Below, piece by piece: positions 12,206 through 24,118 of a DNA stretch of 64,000 nucleotides (positions are counted from its first letter, which is position 1; each line of letters begins with the position of its first letter). Under the pieces are notes generated by a model. That model worked only from the letters and a program-made list of their open reading frames with translations, searched no databases and was not told the origin of the DNA. The position numbers were made by a program, and so were the translations under genes. This stretch comes from Camelus ferus (lineage: Eukaryota), in the NCBI RefSeq assembly GCF_009834535.1, contig NC_045707.1, positions 53,322,001 through 53,386,000 on the forward strand, written 5' to 3'.

Positions 12206-15200
12206 CCTCCGTTTTTACGGTGTTGGGTTCATGAGGTCACAGCTGCACCCCCCAACTCGAATGACTTCCGTGGCAGGAGTGGCTCCTGGGGGCAGTTCTT
12301 GTTCAGGAGTTGACGGAGGTTCCAGAGAGGGTCTGGCCGTGGTCAGCACCCTTGACCAGCACTGGGAGTTGATCCCAGGAGAGACAGAGCAGAAGAGGGA
12401 GAGGCTGAGGCCTGGGGACTGCACACCCCCCCCGCCGCCGCACAGGTCAGAGGGCACTGTGCCAGCGGGGGGACTCAGTGCTGCCCTGACGCCCCGTCTA
12501 AGGTAGGACTTCCTGTGAATGGCTGTCCCCGGGAAGAGGGAGCTCCCTGTGTTGAAGGGACTTCAGATGCATAGTGTCAATTACTGTTATTTTTATGTCA
12601 CGGCGTTAAAATAAACGGGATGCCTGCCTTTTAGGAGGAATGTTTCACCAGCTGTAACTCCGCCTGTGCCTTCCTGGTGCCCTGGCGCTGGCCTGGCCTG
12701 GAGCCCCGTCTGTCTGGGTTTAGATTTCTCAGGGAGACACGGGGTCCCGCTCTGCCGCAGTGGAAAGGGGGAGACCTGCACATGAGGGAGGGGACGCTCT
12801 GCAGGGGCGCCCTGACCCCCACTGTCCCTCTGTCTCACTGCACCACGAGCAGCTGAATTTCCGATGCAGGAAAGCCCACTCCAGTGATGCTGAGAGTGGG
12901 GGCTGAAATCCCGGCCTAGTTTCACTTTAAGCAAAACATAAGCACTTGGCAGGTGCCAGGCCTGTGAGCTGTGCAGCACAGAGTCCCGTCAGGACGGAAG
13001 TGCAGCCCCGGTGTTCGGAGTGCTGCCGCGGGTCTGTTCCTCTGGCGAGCCGGCCACGCAGCCCCGGATGCCGAGCCCCCTGCCCTAGAGTCTGAGTCAT
13101 AGGTGACCCCGCGCGGGGAATGACTGAGAGGACCGTGTGGGGCAGGTCAGGGCTGCTCTCAGCCTTGTTTGTCAGAGTGATTGTGTCCCAGTGCCCTGAG
13201 CTCTTCAGCCTGTGGAGTCAAGGCCATCAGACAACGGTTCACTTGTGTGCGGCCCTGTTTCAAACTCGGGCTGAATGTGACCAGGGAGGGAACCACATGG
13301 TGCCGACGCCGGCTGGTGAGGTCGAGGCCCCGGTGAGGTCAGTGTGGGTGCATCTGCCCTGCAGTTAGGGTTTGGAGATCGCCCCGGCGGCACACACATG
13401 CGGTGGGAGGCAGTGATGGCGCGTCGTCCTGGAGGCCCTGTCCCGGTGGCTTCCGTTCTGAATCTTCAGAGAGTTTTTGCTCTGAGCCTGGCCTGTGACC
13501 AGGCCCGGCGGGGGAGAGAGGGCTTAGTGCTGACTTGGATTTCAGTTGGCTGCCGCCTCCAGGGCTGGCTGGGACAGCGGGGAGAGCCGCACCTGGCAGC
13601 CCGTGGGGTCCCACAGGCGGCTGGCTGGGATGGCCCAGCAGGGCCTCTGCACCCCCACAAGTCAGTGACAGCCTCGCCCGGCCTCTTTGAAAGGGAGCTG
13701 TTCTGCACCATCCGAACCACATGGCCATGGTCTCTAGGGTCTGAGTCCTTCAGACCTGAGGGCCAGCCCATCCCCCCAGCTCTGCCCCGACTTGTGCCTG
13801 ATGGTCAAGCTGCTGCTTCTGCTCCCACTGCTCTGCCTGGCAACCTCCTCCTCATCTTCTGAAGTCTGGACCGTCCCCACCCCATGAGGCCACCGTGACC
13901 CTCCTGGCTGTCTGCCCCGCGGGGCTTTTGTCTCAGTCCTGACTTCGTGAAGGTGCTGCGTCCTTCTCGGGTGGGGTTTTCTGAGGCTGGAAGGATGTGG
14001 CCGTGACCCAGGGTGTGTGCACAGGGTGAGGGTGACTGTTGTCTTGCATGCGTGACTGTCCATGGGGGACTTGGGGGAACAGGAGGAGAGCCATCCGGGT
14101 CCCGATGCAGCTCCTGCTCCCTGCCCCCGTCTGGAGAGCAGGGTCCAGGCTCTTGGCCTGGGCTCCACCCCCCTAAGGCAGCCCAGGAGGCACCAGGGGT
14201 GACCACAAGGAGAAAAAGCCTCCTTCCCACTGAGAACAGCCGAGTGCGGGTTCCTTCCGCAGGGGTCAATCCGGTGGGACCCACGCTCGTTATCAGGGAG
14301 CCGTCCAGGCTCCTCCCACCCTGCCCAGCCCTCTGCTTCCATGGTCACCGGGCCCGTGTGAAGTTGCCTCTAACACGCAGTACTCGGGGCTGCCTTTCCT
14401 AAAACTCTCCTGTGGAACATCCGCACAGAGGCAGGTGCTTCCAGCGGCTGAGCCGTGTCCCGCGTGCTCTGCTGGACGTGTTTGGAGGGTGGGACGTCCA
14501 GCAGGTGACCAGCAGCCATGGACGGCGGGGCTAGACCCAGAGTCAGGTCCCAGCCCTGCTCCGCCGTCCGTGTGCCCTTTCTGAACCACACACTCGTGAA
14601 ATGAGGGTAAGTTCGCATCTTGCAGTGTTTTAACCAGAATCAAGGCGCCCAGACGTGGCTGCGGGTGAGGACAAGTTACAGGAATGGGAGCCTGGTCACT
14701 CCCGATGAGCACCACCGAGGGAAGCACGGACGTGAAGGGCGCCGGGGCACGTCTGTCGAGGACTTCGCTGCTCCACGCACCCTCTTTGGTTATGCCAGCA
14801 GTAACGGAGCAAACCTGACAGCCTCCGGTTCACAGTAATTAGGCTGTTCTCATTGAAACACTGTCCCTTCTCTCTCTCGCCACTGAACTTAGTAAACTGG
14901 GAGAGGGGACGTGGCGTGCAAATTGCCTCTTCCTCCAGAACATCCTTCACTGCCAGAGCTGTCCGAATAGCAGCAGTTGAAGTAGAAATCTGTTGAGTCA
15001 GGGCACAGAGTTGTTGAATCTTGATTATCTGCTTATTGTATTTTAAAACTAGATTATGCTTTGCTTCCATTTAACAAAGGAAGGAAAGTGTCGTTGGTGG
15101 CATTTTTATTAAAATAGAGATGTAACTCACACTCTTCAGCGGCTGGATGGATCACAGGAGAGGAGACTGATCAGCAGAGGACGAAATCCTGCAGCGCCGG

Positions 15201-18200
15201 GATGAAACCCTCTGTGCAGCAGGGGTCTGGCGAACGTGAGTTCCTGGGTAGCGACGTCAGCCCTGGTCCCCGCCCTGCAGCGTGGGGACAGGCAGGTTTC
15301 GGGAGGGGAGAGGGCGAGGGTCTACTTCCAGTTGCCCACATGAACCCTGGACGACGTGGAAGGGAGCCCATCCACATGTGACATCAGAGGCCGGCCACCG
15401 AAGCCCACAGTTCTGACCAGACTCCAGGGGTTCCCCTGGTGTGGCCAGGACTTGGGGACTGTGTGACGTGGGCATGGGACCATCTCCTGCAGGTTGGAGC
15501 TCAGAATATGGTCAGTCCTGATCGTTCAGAACCAATGCAAACACCACATTTCAAGGAGTGGATGACTCTTAAAAAAAATCACCTTGACAACTGGCAGACA
15601 TAGCAAGGAGATGGGGGGGGAGGGGGGGCACAGCCAGCCAGCCAGGGCACCTAGCACTGCTTCTAACACCCTGGAACCCCCTTCTCCTGGGTGACAGAAC
15701 CTTGTGTCCCTGGCACCTGCTGAAGTCCTGAGTCCGGACCTGCGGGAGACCCTGGGGTCTGGGAGCAGCCAGGCTGGGCAGAGGCCGTGCCAGGCTTGTG
15801 ACAGGAGCCCAGGGCACCGAGAGGAGCGGTCCTTTGCCCCGTGTCTTTGACGTGAGCTGAAGTCAGCCAAGAGACTCGTCAGCCCCGAGGAGGCTCGGAT
15901 TTCTGCTCAGGGCCGTGCATGGTCTCCCGGTGGGGACCTGTGCTGTGTAGCAGTGTGTGCTGATTTTTGAGAGCTGCTGCAAGAATAAATTTGCTGAATG
16001 AATAAACCTGCAGCAGCTGCCAGTCAGACACGAAAGGACAGCCTGGTGCGAAATAACCTTTAAAAGGCACTGAGTGCAAAGGGGGTCCGTGGAAGGGATT
16101 TCCAGTCCATCAGGGAGAGACAGCAGCTCAGGCTCCGGCTCTCGGCAGACAAGGGTTCCAGTGAGGCCCCTCCCAGCTTAGCCGGCGCTTCTGGGGTCTG
16201 CGTGCTCACGCATCCGGATTGGGGCAGACAGCCTCCCACCATCAGTTAAGGCTGCGCACACAGACCTTGTGATGTTAACACGGGGCCCAGAGGGGGCTGC
16301 TCCTTGGCTGGACTGGGTTTAACGAGCAGGCAGGCGTCACGAAGAGCTCAGTGCAGCTGTCAGTGCTGCAGAGGATTTTCTCAGACTGTGTCTGTGTCTC
16401 TATCGTCCTGCCCCCGAGGCGGTTCCATTAAACTGTCACAGCACGGCCGTTCTCATCCCCAGACCTCATGAGAACCAGGGAGACTCACAGTCACTGCAGG
16501 GCAGGGGTGCGACAGCGCCTCGTATGGGCATGAAGTCAGACGCGAGCTCCCAGGCGCTCCTCTGCCCTCGGCTGGGGTGGTGAGCGAGGCCTTCCCTCGG
16601 ACATTGAGTTGTGACTGTGCCACACTTCCGGGTCCCAGCCGGCCTGACCTGTCCTCTTGGGTTTGGTCAGATGCCCCCGGGGCGAGCAGCCTGGACTGCT
16701 TCCCACATTTCTCCAGGGGAGACTTACCTCTTTATGTTGAGTTGCTCTCGTTCAGAAAGCTGCCCCCCTCCTGCTTCACTGCTTCAATGGTGTCTCTCCA
16801 CATCCGTTTGCTCACCCCCACTCAGTGCCCCAGCGTCCAGGCTGGGTCACTGGCTCAGTCGGTCCACCCTGGAGGCTCCTGGGAGAGATAAGCTCTGGGG
16901 AAAGGCTCTGCGTGGAGGGCAGGGCCCTGCGAGGCCTGCATGGTCGGTGGGTCAGCAAATGAGGGTGTGGCATGTGTTAGCGGCCACTACACACTCAGCA
17001 GATGAATGACTACTACTGACAGTTCTTTAAAGTTTCCCGTTTGCGGCTCCCGGCCCTCCCTGCGGCCTCATGGTGATCTGGACCTGAAGGACTTGGCCCG
17101 CCCAGCAGCACTGGGCCGGAACCCCTCGCGCTCCTTCTGGGGGGGAGCCCGTCTGCACTGAGCTGCAGCAGCCCAGGCTGGTGACCTCCCGCTCCGGCCA
17201 CGGTGAGAAGGCGGCGTGATTTCTGCCGATCTCCCAAGTGCTGCCATCTGGCCTGAGTGTCGGCCAAGTCTGACTGCAGCAGCAGCAGCAGAAGGTCTTC
17301 ACCCAAGAGGGCTTCAGCCTGGAGCCTCTCTCAGGCCTGCCTGAGGCCCCCCGGGCAGGTCTTCGTGGCCTCTCTGGGCTCCGGGAGGGGCAGCCAACGG
17401 CCTGCTGTGTCCCTGTGCTGCCATGGCCGTCTTACAAGAGCACATACCCTAGAAAGCAGATTCCAGTCTCACGGCAGGTGTTACAAAGGCTGAGACCCCG
17501 GCCGGGGCTGCCTCCCTCTCGCCGGCAGCTCAGCTCTGACAGAGGGCAGCTCCTCTAGCAGGTGTGGCAGGAAGTTTCTTAATGCTGCCTCTGACCCTGC
17601 TGCTCCCAAGACCGTGAGGGACCGAGGGCAGGACCTCCCCGCCTCTGCCGAACACAGGGCCCCAAGCTCCCGCTGCGCAGGCCCTCCTGGATGGAGACTT
17701 CACGCCTTTGTTGGGCTGGGATGCCCTTCTTGGCTCTCTCCACCCTGCTGAGCAGACTGGGCTGCCCGTGGTGGGCAGCACCTGCTCTGACCTGCCGGCG
17801 GGAGGTGGGGGCGATGGTGTCTCTGCTGAGCGATTCTTACGGACTCCTGGGGGGTCAGTAGGCATCCGCTCAGTGCCAGTGTGCGCCATGAGGAATATCA
17901 CACTTTTGAATGTATGGGGTTGGTTAATCGTGTCCTTAACAAATGTACTGAAGCATTTCCTGCTGCACATAATAAATGATCAGAAACCAGTGAGTTCCTT
18001 TGAGCTTTCTGATGGGGGCGTGAACAGTGAAGCCAGGCCTTGGCATGAGAGCGAGCGGGAGGCACTTCCCTCTCTGGCCGCATCTGCAGTGGGATCGGGC
18101 TGAGGGCGGCCTGGGCCTCTGCAAGGTGAGCACAGCCAAGCCTGGGCAGCTGGAGTGGCCGCCTCCGCTGGGTCTGGTCCTGGCAGGTGCGCTGCAGGAA

Positions 18201-18654
18201 GCAGCCCTGGCCCTGGCCAGACATCTCCAAGACGGCTCACAAAGTCACTGAGCGTGAAGGCAAGGAGAATTCTCCTCCAAACTGGGTGAGTGCAAACACA
18301 GGCCTGGACTCTCCTGGCCTAACGGGCAACAGCCCCCCTTCCCTTTCCCTTCCCCAGGAAATGGATAATTATCAGAGCTCCATCCGGGCCCCTCCCTCTG
18401 CTCTAGGTGGTTAAGAGCTGGAAGGTGGCCCCTCTTACGGGCCCCATGACATTCAGGAGCTAACCTGCCTCTTAATCTTTGTCACTTACGGCGTCGCAGG
18501 GTTCCTACTTCACAGGGTTCCCGTGAGCAGTAATCGAGATACCCGCAGTGTGTGGCTCAGAGTAGCAGCACGTGAACGGTCGTGTTCTTGTTTTCAGGAG
18601 CATGGTGGTGGGTGTGTGCACAGGCTCGGAAGGCAGGCCGCCTGCCACTCGCAC

Positions 18655-18730
18655 CAGCTCTGGGACTTGGGCAGGTTACCGAACACCATCGTGCCTCACT
18701 TCTCTGCCTGCAGTGTCCATCACATAAGGC
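18655..18730. mobile_element. MIR fragment
   Basis: cagctctgggacttgggcaggttacc...tgcctcacttctctgcctgca resembles the MIR core. Confidence 0.5.
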
Positions 18731-20953
18731 CGGCCTCTCTGGATTGCTGTGAGCGCCCAGGGGGTCACATAAGGAGAGTGCAGGACGCACCTGGGGTGCT
18801 CAGGAGAGAGCAGCCAGTCCTTCTGACGCTGGGGCGACAGTGACTAAGGGTGACGACTGTCCTTTGGAAGCAAAGGGTGAGCCCTCCTGGAACCCTGCGT
18901 CGGTGCGCACGGAGATGCAAGAGGGGAGACAGGGTGTCTCCCAAGGGTTGCACTTCTCTGATTTTACTTCCATCCACTGTGACCTTGATCCAGCCTGCGT
19001 AAGTGCCGGGCCGGGTGGTGTCTGCACGGTGTCCACCTGGCCTTTACTTCCCGTGGAGAGCTGGGTTTGCCATTGGCCATTTTCTGTACTTAGATGTGTC
19101 TGCCTTGTCCAAGAGCGTCCAAGCTTCTGGAATGTTTGTTTGCCTCAGCAAACAGCCTATGAGAATCGAATCGTTTTATAGAGGCTTTTTCATTAGGAGA
19201 CCAAAAGCTCGCTACGTATCATCGGTTTTATTCTCCTGACGTTCCCAGGAAATATGGAAGGACAGAGTTGATTGTCTCCAGCGAGTGGGAGGACTGGTGC
19301 TCTGAGGAGAGGCCAGCCCCCAACTGGGGCTGCCCAGAGAACCGCTGCTCTGACACGTGGCTGGCGGGGCCGCTCGTGAGTGTCACACACGCCTGTTACA
19401 GAGACAGAGCCGCAGCCCCGTGTCCCTGCATTGCGGGAGACTGTGCCCGCCTGACCTGGTCTCTGCTCACCTAGACCTTCTATTCAGGGCTTGGCAGGCA
19501 TCTTGGGAAGGGCCGGACAGTAGGTGTTTTTGGCGTTGTGGCCCACATGGGCGCCACTGCAGCTCCTCAGCTCTGCTGCTCTGCAGGACGAGGCTGCATC
19601 TCCAGGAGGCTCAGCTGACTGAACGGGGGCAGGACAGAGCTCCCCAGCACCTGACAGAACATCCACGCCGCTCCACTGTCCTCGCTGACTGAGCAGGGAA
19701 CAGGGCACGCGGTGGGCAGGCTGTCTGGGGGTCGCGCTGGGCACTGCATGTGCAGGCGCACTGTCCACACACACCCTGTTCTGGATGGGCTACTGGAGAC
19801 GGCGCAGGAGGCTGTTAGCCTCTGTCTGCAGACCCACACCCACAGGACTTAAATGACCCACGTCAAACCACCTGCCCCAGGGTTCGACGCCTGCAGGCAG
19901 TTCTGACGCCCTCATGTCTTCACACGGGTCAGATTTCTGTTGTTAATGAGACCTTAGCGAGGACCCTTCACCTGGGTTGGGTCGGTAGGTGGTGAAGTTC
20001 GGTTCCGAGTGTGGCAGGGACCCTGGGGCACGTGGGGCTGTGGAGGCGGCGGCAGGCAGAAGTGCAAGCCAGGCCGCAGGCCCTGAGAACCGATGGTGTC
20101 GGAGGAGTGGGGGTGGCTCCGAAGCAGAGGCAGCCATGCTTAAACCCCGCTTCCCCTGTCAGTGTGGGGTGGGGGTAGCCCCACCACCTTCCAGCAGAAT
20201 CCCAGGAACATCAGTGAGTCTCCCGCCGAGAGAGTGGAGCAGCGAACTTGAGAAGAGTGCCTTTGACAAAGTCTGGGAAAGCTTTAAAAAAAGGAAAAAA
20301 AGAAAAAGGTACATTTACTCTTTAATCCTTCTTAATCTTGGTGAAACACGAGACTCAGCCAAAGGCAGCTTCTACCCTCACAGTCACATCACACGACAGG
20401 ACTTGGCAGTGTCCTCGCCCCCCTGCATGGGGACACACCGTGTACCTGTGGGCAGTAGCGTGTTTCCATGACCTTCTCAGTGAGAGATGTTCTGCTCCTC
20501 ACAGCACAGGGCCTGGTGCAGGACCTGGTGTATCATAAATTCTTAGAGAAACAGGTGTCCAAATATGAGGCAGAAAAAAACCCATCAGAACAAAAGAATG
20601 AAAGAAAAACCAGGACCTAAATGTAGCTTTTAATGAGAAAAAGGGAAGAAGGAACTTGAAATAGAACACCAATGGTAAACGTGGAGTGTGAGATACTGAC
20701 AGCTCCACTGCAGATGAAGTTCATAAACTAGAAGACAGGCCGCATTCTGGTTAAACACATGATTAACACATGCCTTTTCAGGTAATTCTAAACTTGAAGA
20801 ATGTCCTCGTTAGAAGAAAAGCACGTGTGTGGCAACTTTCACAGCAATGTTAGGATAAGTGCTTTGGTTTGAAAACTGTCTATGATTAAAGAAATGGTAA
20901 ATCATACCTCAGATCCCCCAAGTTAGTCAGAATGTTGGCTAAGCTGCTAATGA

Positions 20954-21524
20954 TGTTGCGGAAAAATGTGTTACAGCTCCGTTGTGACAGCAACCTGAGT
21001 CCGCTCAGCAGTCGTAGGGTTTATTACGCCAGCGGCCCCGACGAGTTAACACTTCAAGCTCTGGACCCCGTTTGTAGGGTTACACAGGCCTTTTATAGGC
21101 TGCCAGTTTTACACTTTGCAACGTCATATGCTAATAGAGTATAACAGAAGTTGACCAACCAGGAACAAGCTTTGTAGAAATAGACCAATCAGGAGTGAGC
21201 TCCATGCAAAGGAAGTACTACAAATGGACCAATCAGAAGTTAGGGAAGTGGACCAATCAGAAGTGAGAGTAATAACCAATCAGAAGTAAAGGAAATAACC
21301 AATTAGAAGTGAGCTCAGGGAACCAATAGAATTCTAGGTGTAAGTTAGCCACTTCAGAGGCAAAAAGTGAGATAGAGGCTCTGGGCCAGGGAACGGGACG
21401 GTGCTGGGAGGAGCGCAGCGGCCCTGCCTAGGGGTCCTGCAGGTCTTTTTATGGGGCTTCCCGCCTCAATGAGAAGATCCGAAAACGCAGCGGCTCCATC
21501 AGGATAAAATACAGCTTTTTCACA
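20954..21524 (-). mobile_element. Solo ERV LTR, antisense, with tandem CCAAT array
   Basis: TG...CA ends (tgttgcgg... / ...tttttcaca). Minus-strand AATAAA at 21020-21025 and TATAAAA at 21091-21097, followed by a CCAAT array at 21155-21327, i.e. U3-R-U5 order on the minus strand. The TSD is ambiguous (atga near both ends), so the boundaries are approximate. Confidence 0.7.
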
Positions 21525-23863
21525 TGACATGCAGGCTCTTTTCCACAAGGTCATCTGAGGACCCAGGTCCTTCCCTCCTTTGCTCAGAGTGTAATCCTTG
21601 TGGAAAAATCTGCCCCTATCATGCTGTTCAGGGCATGGGAGGGGAGTTACAAGAAATGGAATTTCCTTCTAAATGTCATTACAAAACACAGCCCAGAATT
21701 GGCACGAGGCCCTCTTGCTTGCCTGCATTGACTGGGATTTTGACACATGGCCAAGGCCCTTGTGAGCAAGGCTGGGAGGTGAAGTTGTTAGCTGCTGAGC
21801 TTGGCCGCAGTTGAAACTTGGAAGCTTCTCCCCTGCAGGAGGAGCTGGTGGACTCTGGGGATGACGGGCTGTCTCTGCTGCCGTCTCAGCCCTTTCTTTG
21901 CTTGACTGCGCTGGGCGCTCTCCCCAGGGGGCTGCTCACCGTCTGGGGAACTCCCCGGGATGTTTCTCCCCCATGAGGCAGGCCCAATGTCTCCAGCTCC
22001 AAGCCTTCACTCAGCCTGGCTCCTGTTTGAGCGATCACTGAGATTTCCAGCCCTCTGGGCCCAGGATACAATAGGATCTGGGGCTACATGGACCATGGAC
22101 CTCCCATCCTGGGAACAGTCCTTCCAGCGCGAGGCCCTTGGCCAGGCCCTAAGCCAGCGACTGGCGTGGCGGCCCACACAGTCATCCATTCGGTAGGTGT
22201 TTCGAGCATGTAATCTGCCCAGGCCAGGGTCGGAAACGCAACATCAGCAAAAGCAGGCCAGTGTCTGTGCAGGGGGCAGGGAGTCTACAGGGAGCTCCAC
22301 AGGCAGCACGTGCTACCTGGGGAGCACCGAGTAAGGAGAACCGGTGAGTCCTCTGTCCATGCTCTTCGCCCAGCCTTCTAGGGGTCGGGCAGTGAGGCCT
22401 GGTCGCGGGGAAGGCACCCGGGAACCTGGTGGGCAGCCCAGTGCACGCAGTGCATTTGTGAAGCTGGCCTACACGTCGACTGGGAGGTGATGGAGATGGG
22501 GCTGAGGTGCTGGCAGGGGGTCCCTGCGCTCCACGAGTAGGAGGTTGCCCTGGCAAGACTGTGCAACGTCTGAGTCATGCGCCGTGAGGTTGACATTGTC
22601 TTAATTATTACTAGTGCCCTGCAGGGCCCTGTGTTAATTATCCCACAGCATCCCTGTGTGTTTCCGTTTTGTCTCCCTTTTATTTCTTCTCCTGAACGTC
22701 GTGAGCCTGCAGAGTGGGGCTCAGCGCAACATTTGACTCAGCAGTCCCTGCAAGGGGCGCACGCACAGTGAGCGCTCAGAGGACGGGCAGGGCCCCGCAG
22801 GCCTCCTGGGCTGGGCTGGGGACTGGGGTCAGGGGTCCTCTGACTGCTGCTGTATCATCCCAGGGGGGTCTTTCCCCGTAAGAGTGTTCGCCTGCCCTGG
22901 GCCCTCGTCATGGACTAGTTAATCTCATAAAGGGCTTGAAGATGAAAGGGTGGAGGTGCTGAGAGACACTGGCTCTGGGCGTTTCCTGGCAGTGAGATCC
23001 GGGTTCTCATGGCAGCTGCCCTCTCGGTGTCGTCTTTGCCCCCAGAATTGCGTCTTGGGTCGTAGAGGTTACTGCCCTCTCGGTTTTGCTCTGTGAGCAG
23101 CTGATGGTGGAGGTCTGGGGAGGGATTCGTGAGCTGGGTGTACCCCGCTCTCCTGGCCCTGTTCCCCTTTCCCTCCTCTCGTCTCCTCCTTGTCCACCGA
23201 AGGGAGCAGACAAGCGTGGCTGCCTCCCAGATGTGGCTGGAGCCAGTGAGGTTGGTTGCTTGCTCCCAGCCCTGCACTTGGACCTTGGGGTCAGGCTCTG
23301 ACCTCGGGGTCGGGGCCTGGCCACCCACTCGGTCCACCCCTGCCTGTGCTCAGAAGGCGTCTGTCCCCTCTCCAGGCTGGAACTCGTGGGAGCTGGGGAT
23401 GGCCTTTTCCCCGACCTCTGGGGGTGGGTTTACAGCGGTTGCCACTTCCCCACTGCCGTGCCCCAGGCCCCGTCTCAGAAATAACCTGAGCACACGGAAT
23501 TAATGGGCACATCTCAGGCCCCTGCCATGTCAAGGGGTGGTTGGGCAAGCACCTAGCACTCTCTCCTGGGGCCTCGATGTAACAGTGGCCATGCGGTCGG
23601 GGGACTGATGGACCAGAGGGTCCTGGGAGATGGGAGAGCGTGGGCCGTGGGCCGTGGTGGGAGGGGTGAGGGCAGGCGGCAGGGGTGGTGGTCTAGGGGA
23701 GTTACCGTGGTGGGCCCCTCTGCAGTGCCCTCCTCCAGCAGGGCTGTGGCCCTGTGTTCCTGTGACGGGCCCCCTCCTGGGGTCTCAGACACAGGCCCGC
23801 GGTCCGGGCGCCAGGCAGGCCAGGTGGGCAGCCGCTGAGTAACCAGTCGTGTTCTGCTTTCAG

Positions 23864-24118
23864 AGCCTTCCCCAGCCGCCCTCCGGCAAAGTCCCGCACA
23901 GTCACGAGGGGAAGGAGCCCGGGGACCTCAGGTTCAGCAAGGGGGACGTCATTGTCCTGCGGCACCGGGTGGATGAGCACTGGTACCATGGCTTCCTGCC
24001 CACCAGCTACGTCCCAGGCCTGCGGCCCCTGCCCCAGGCCCCACCCCAGGGCAAAGCGCTCTATGATTTCGAGATGAAAGACAGAGACCAGGACAAGGAC
24101 TGTCTGACCTTCAGCAAG
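23864..24118 (+). CDS. SH3RF3: SH3RF3 internal coding exon (orthologous to exon 2): degenerate SH3-1 plus N-terminal half of SH3-2
   Basis: Acceptor ttctgctttcag|AGC and donor AAG|gtaagg; 255 nt, phase 0/0. Translation [85 protein letters not shown] matches POSH-family SH3-1/SH3-2. [21 protein letters not shown] is the SH3RF3-type sequence as I recall it. Confidence 0.95.

Noticed and set aside
20540..20740. A-rich purine tract that might be an L1 ORF1/HAL1 remnant
   Set aside because: No diagnostic peptide or motif I can support by eye; it needs RepeatMasker.
21150..21330. Regularly spaced repeats superficially like a CRISPR array
   Set aside because: Eukaryotic context, ~13-bp units with ~10-bp similar spacers and no cas genes. 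An LTR U3 CCAAT array explains it.
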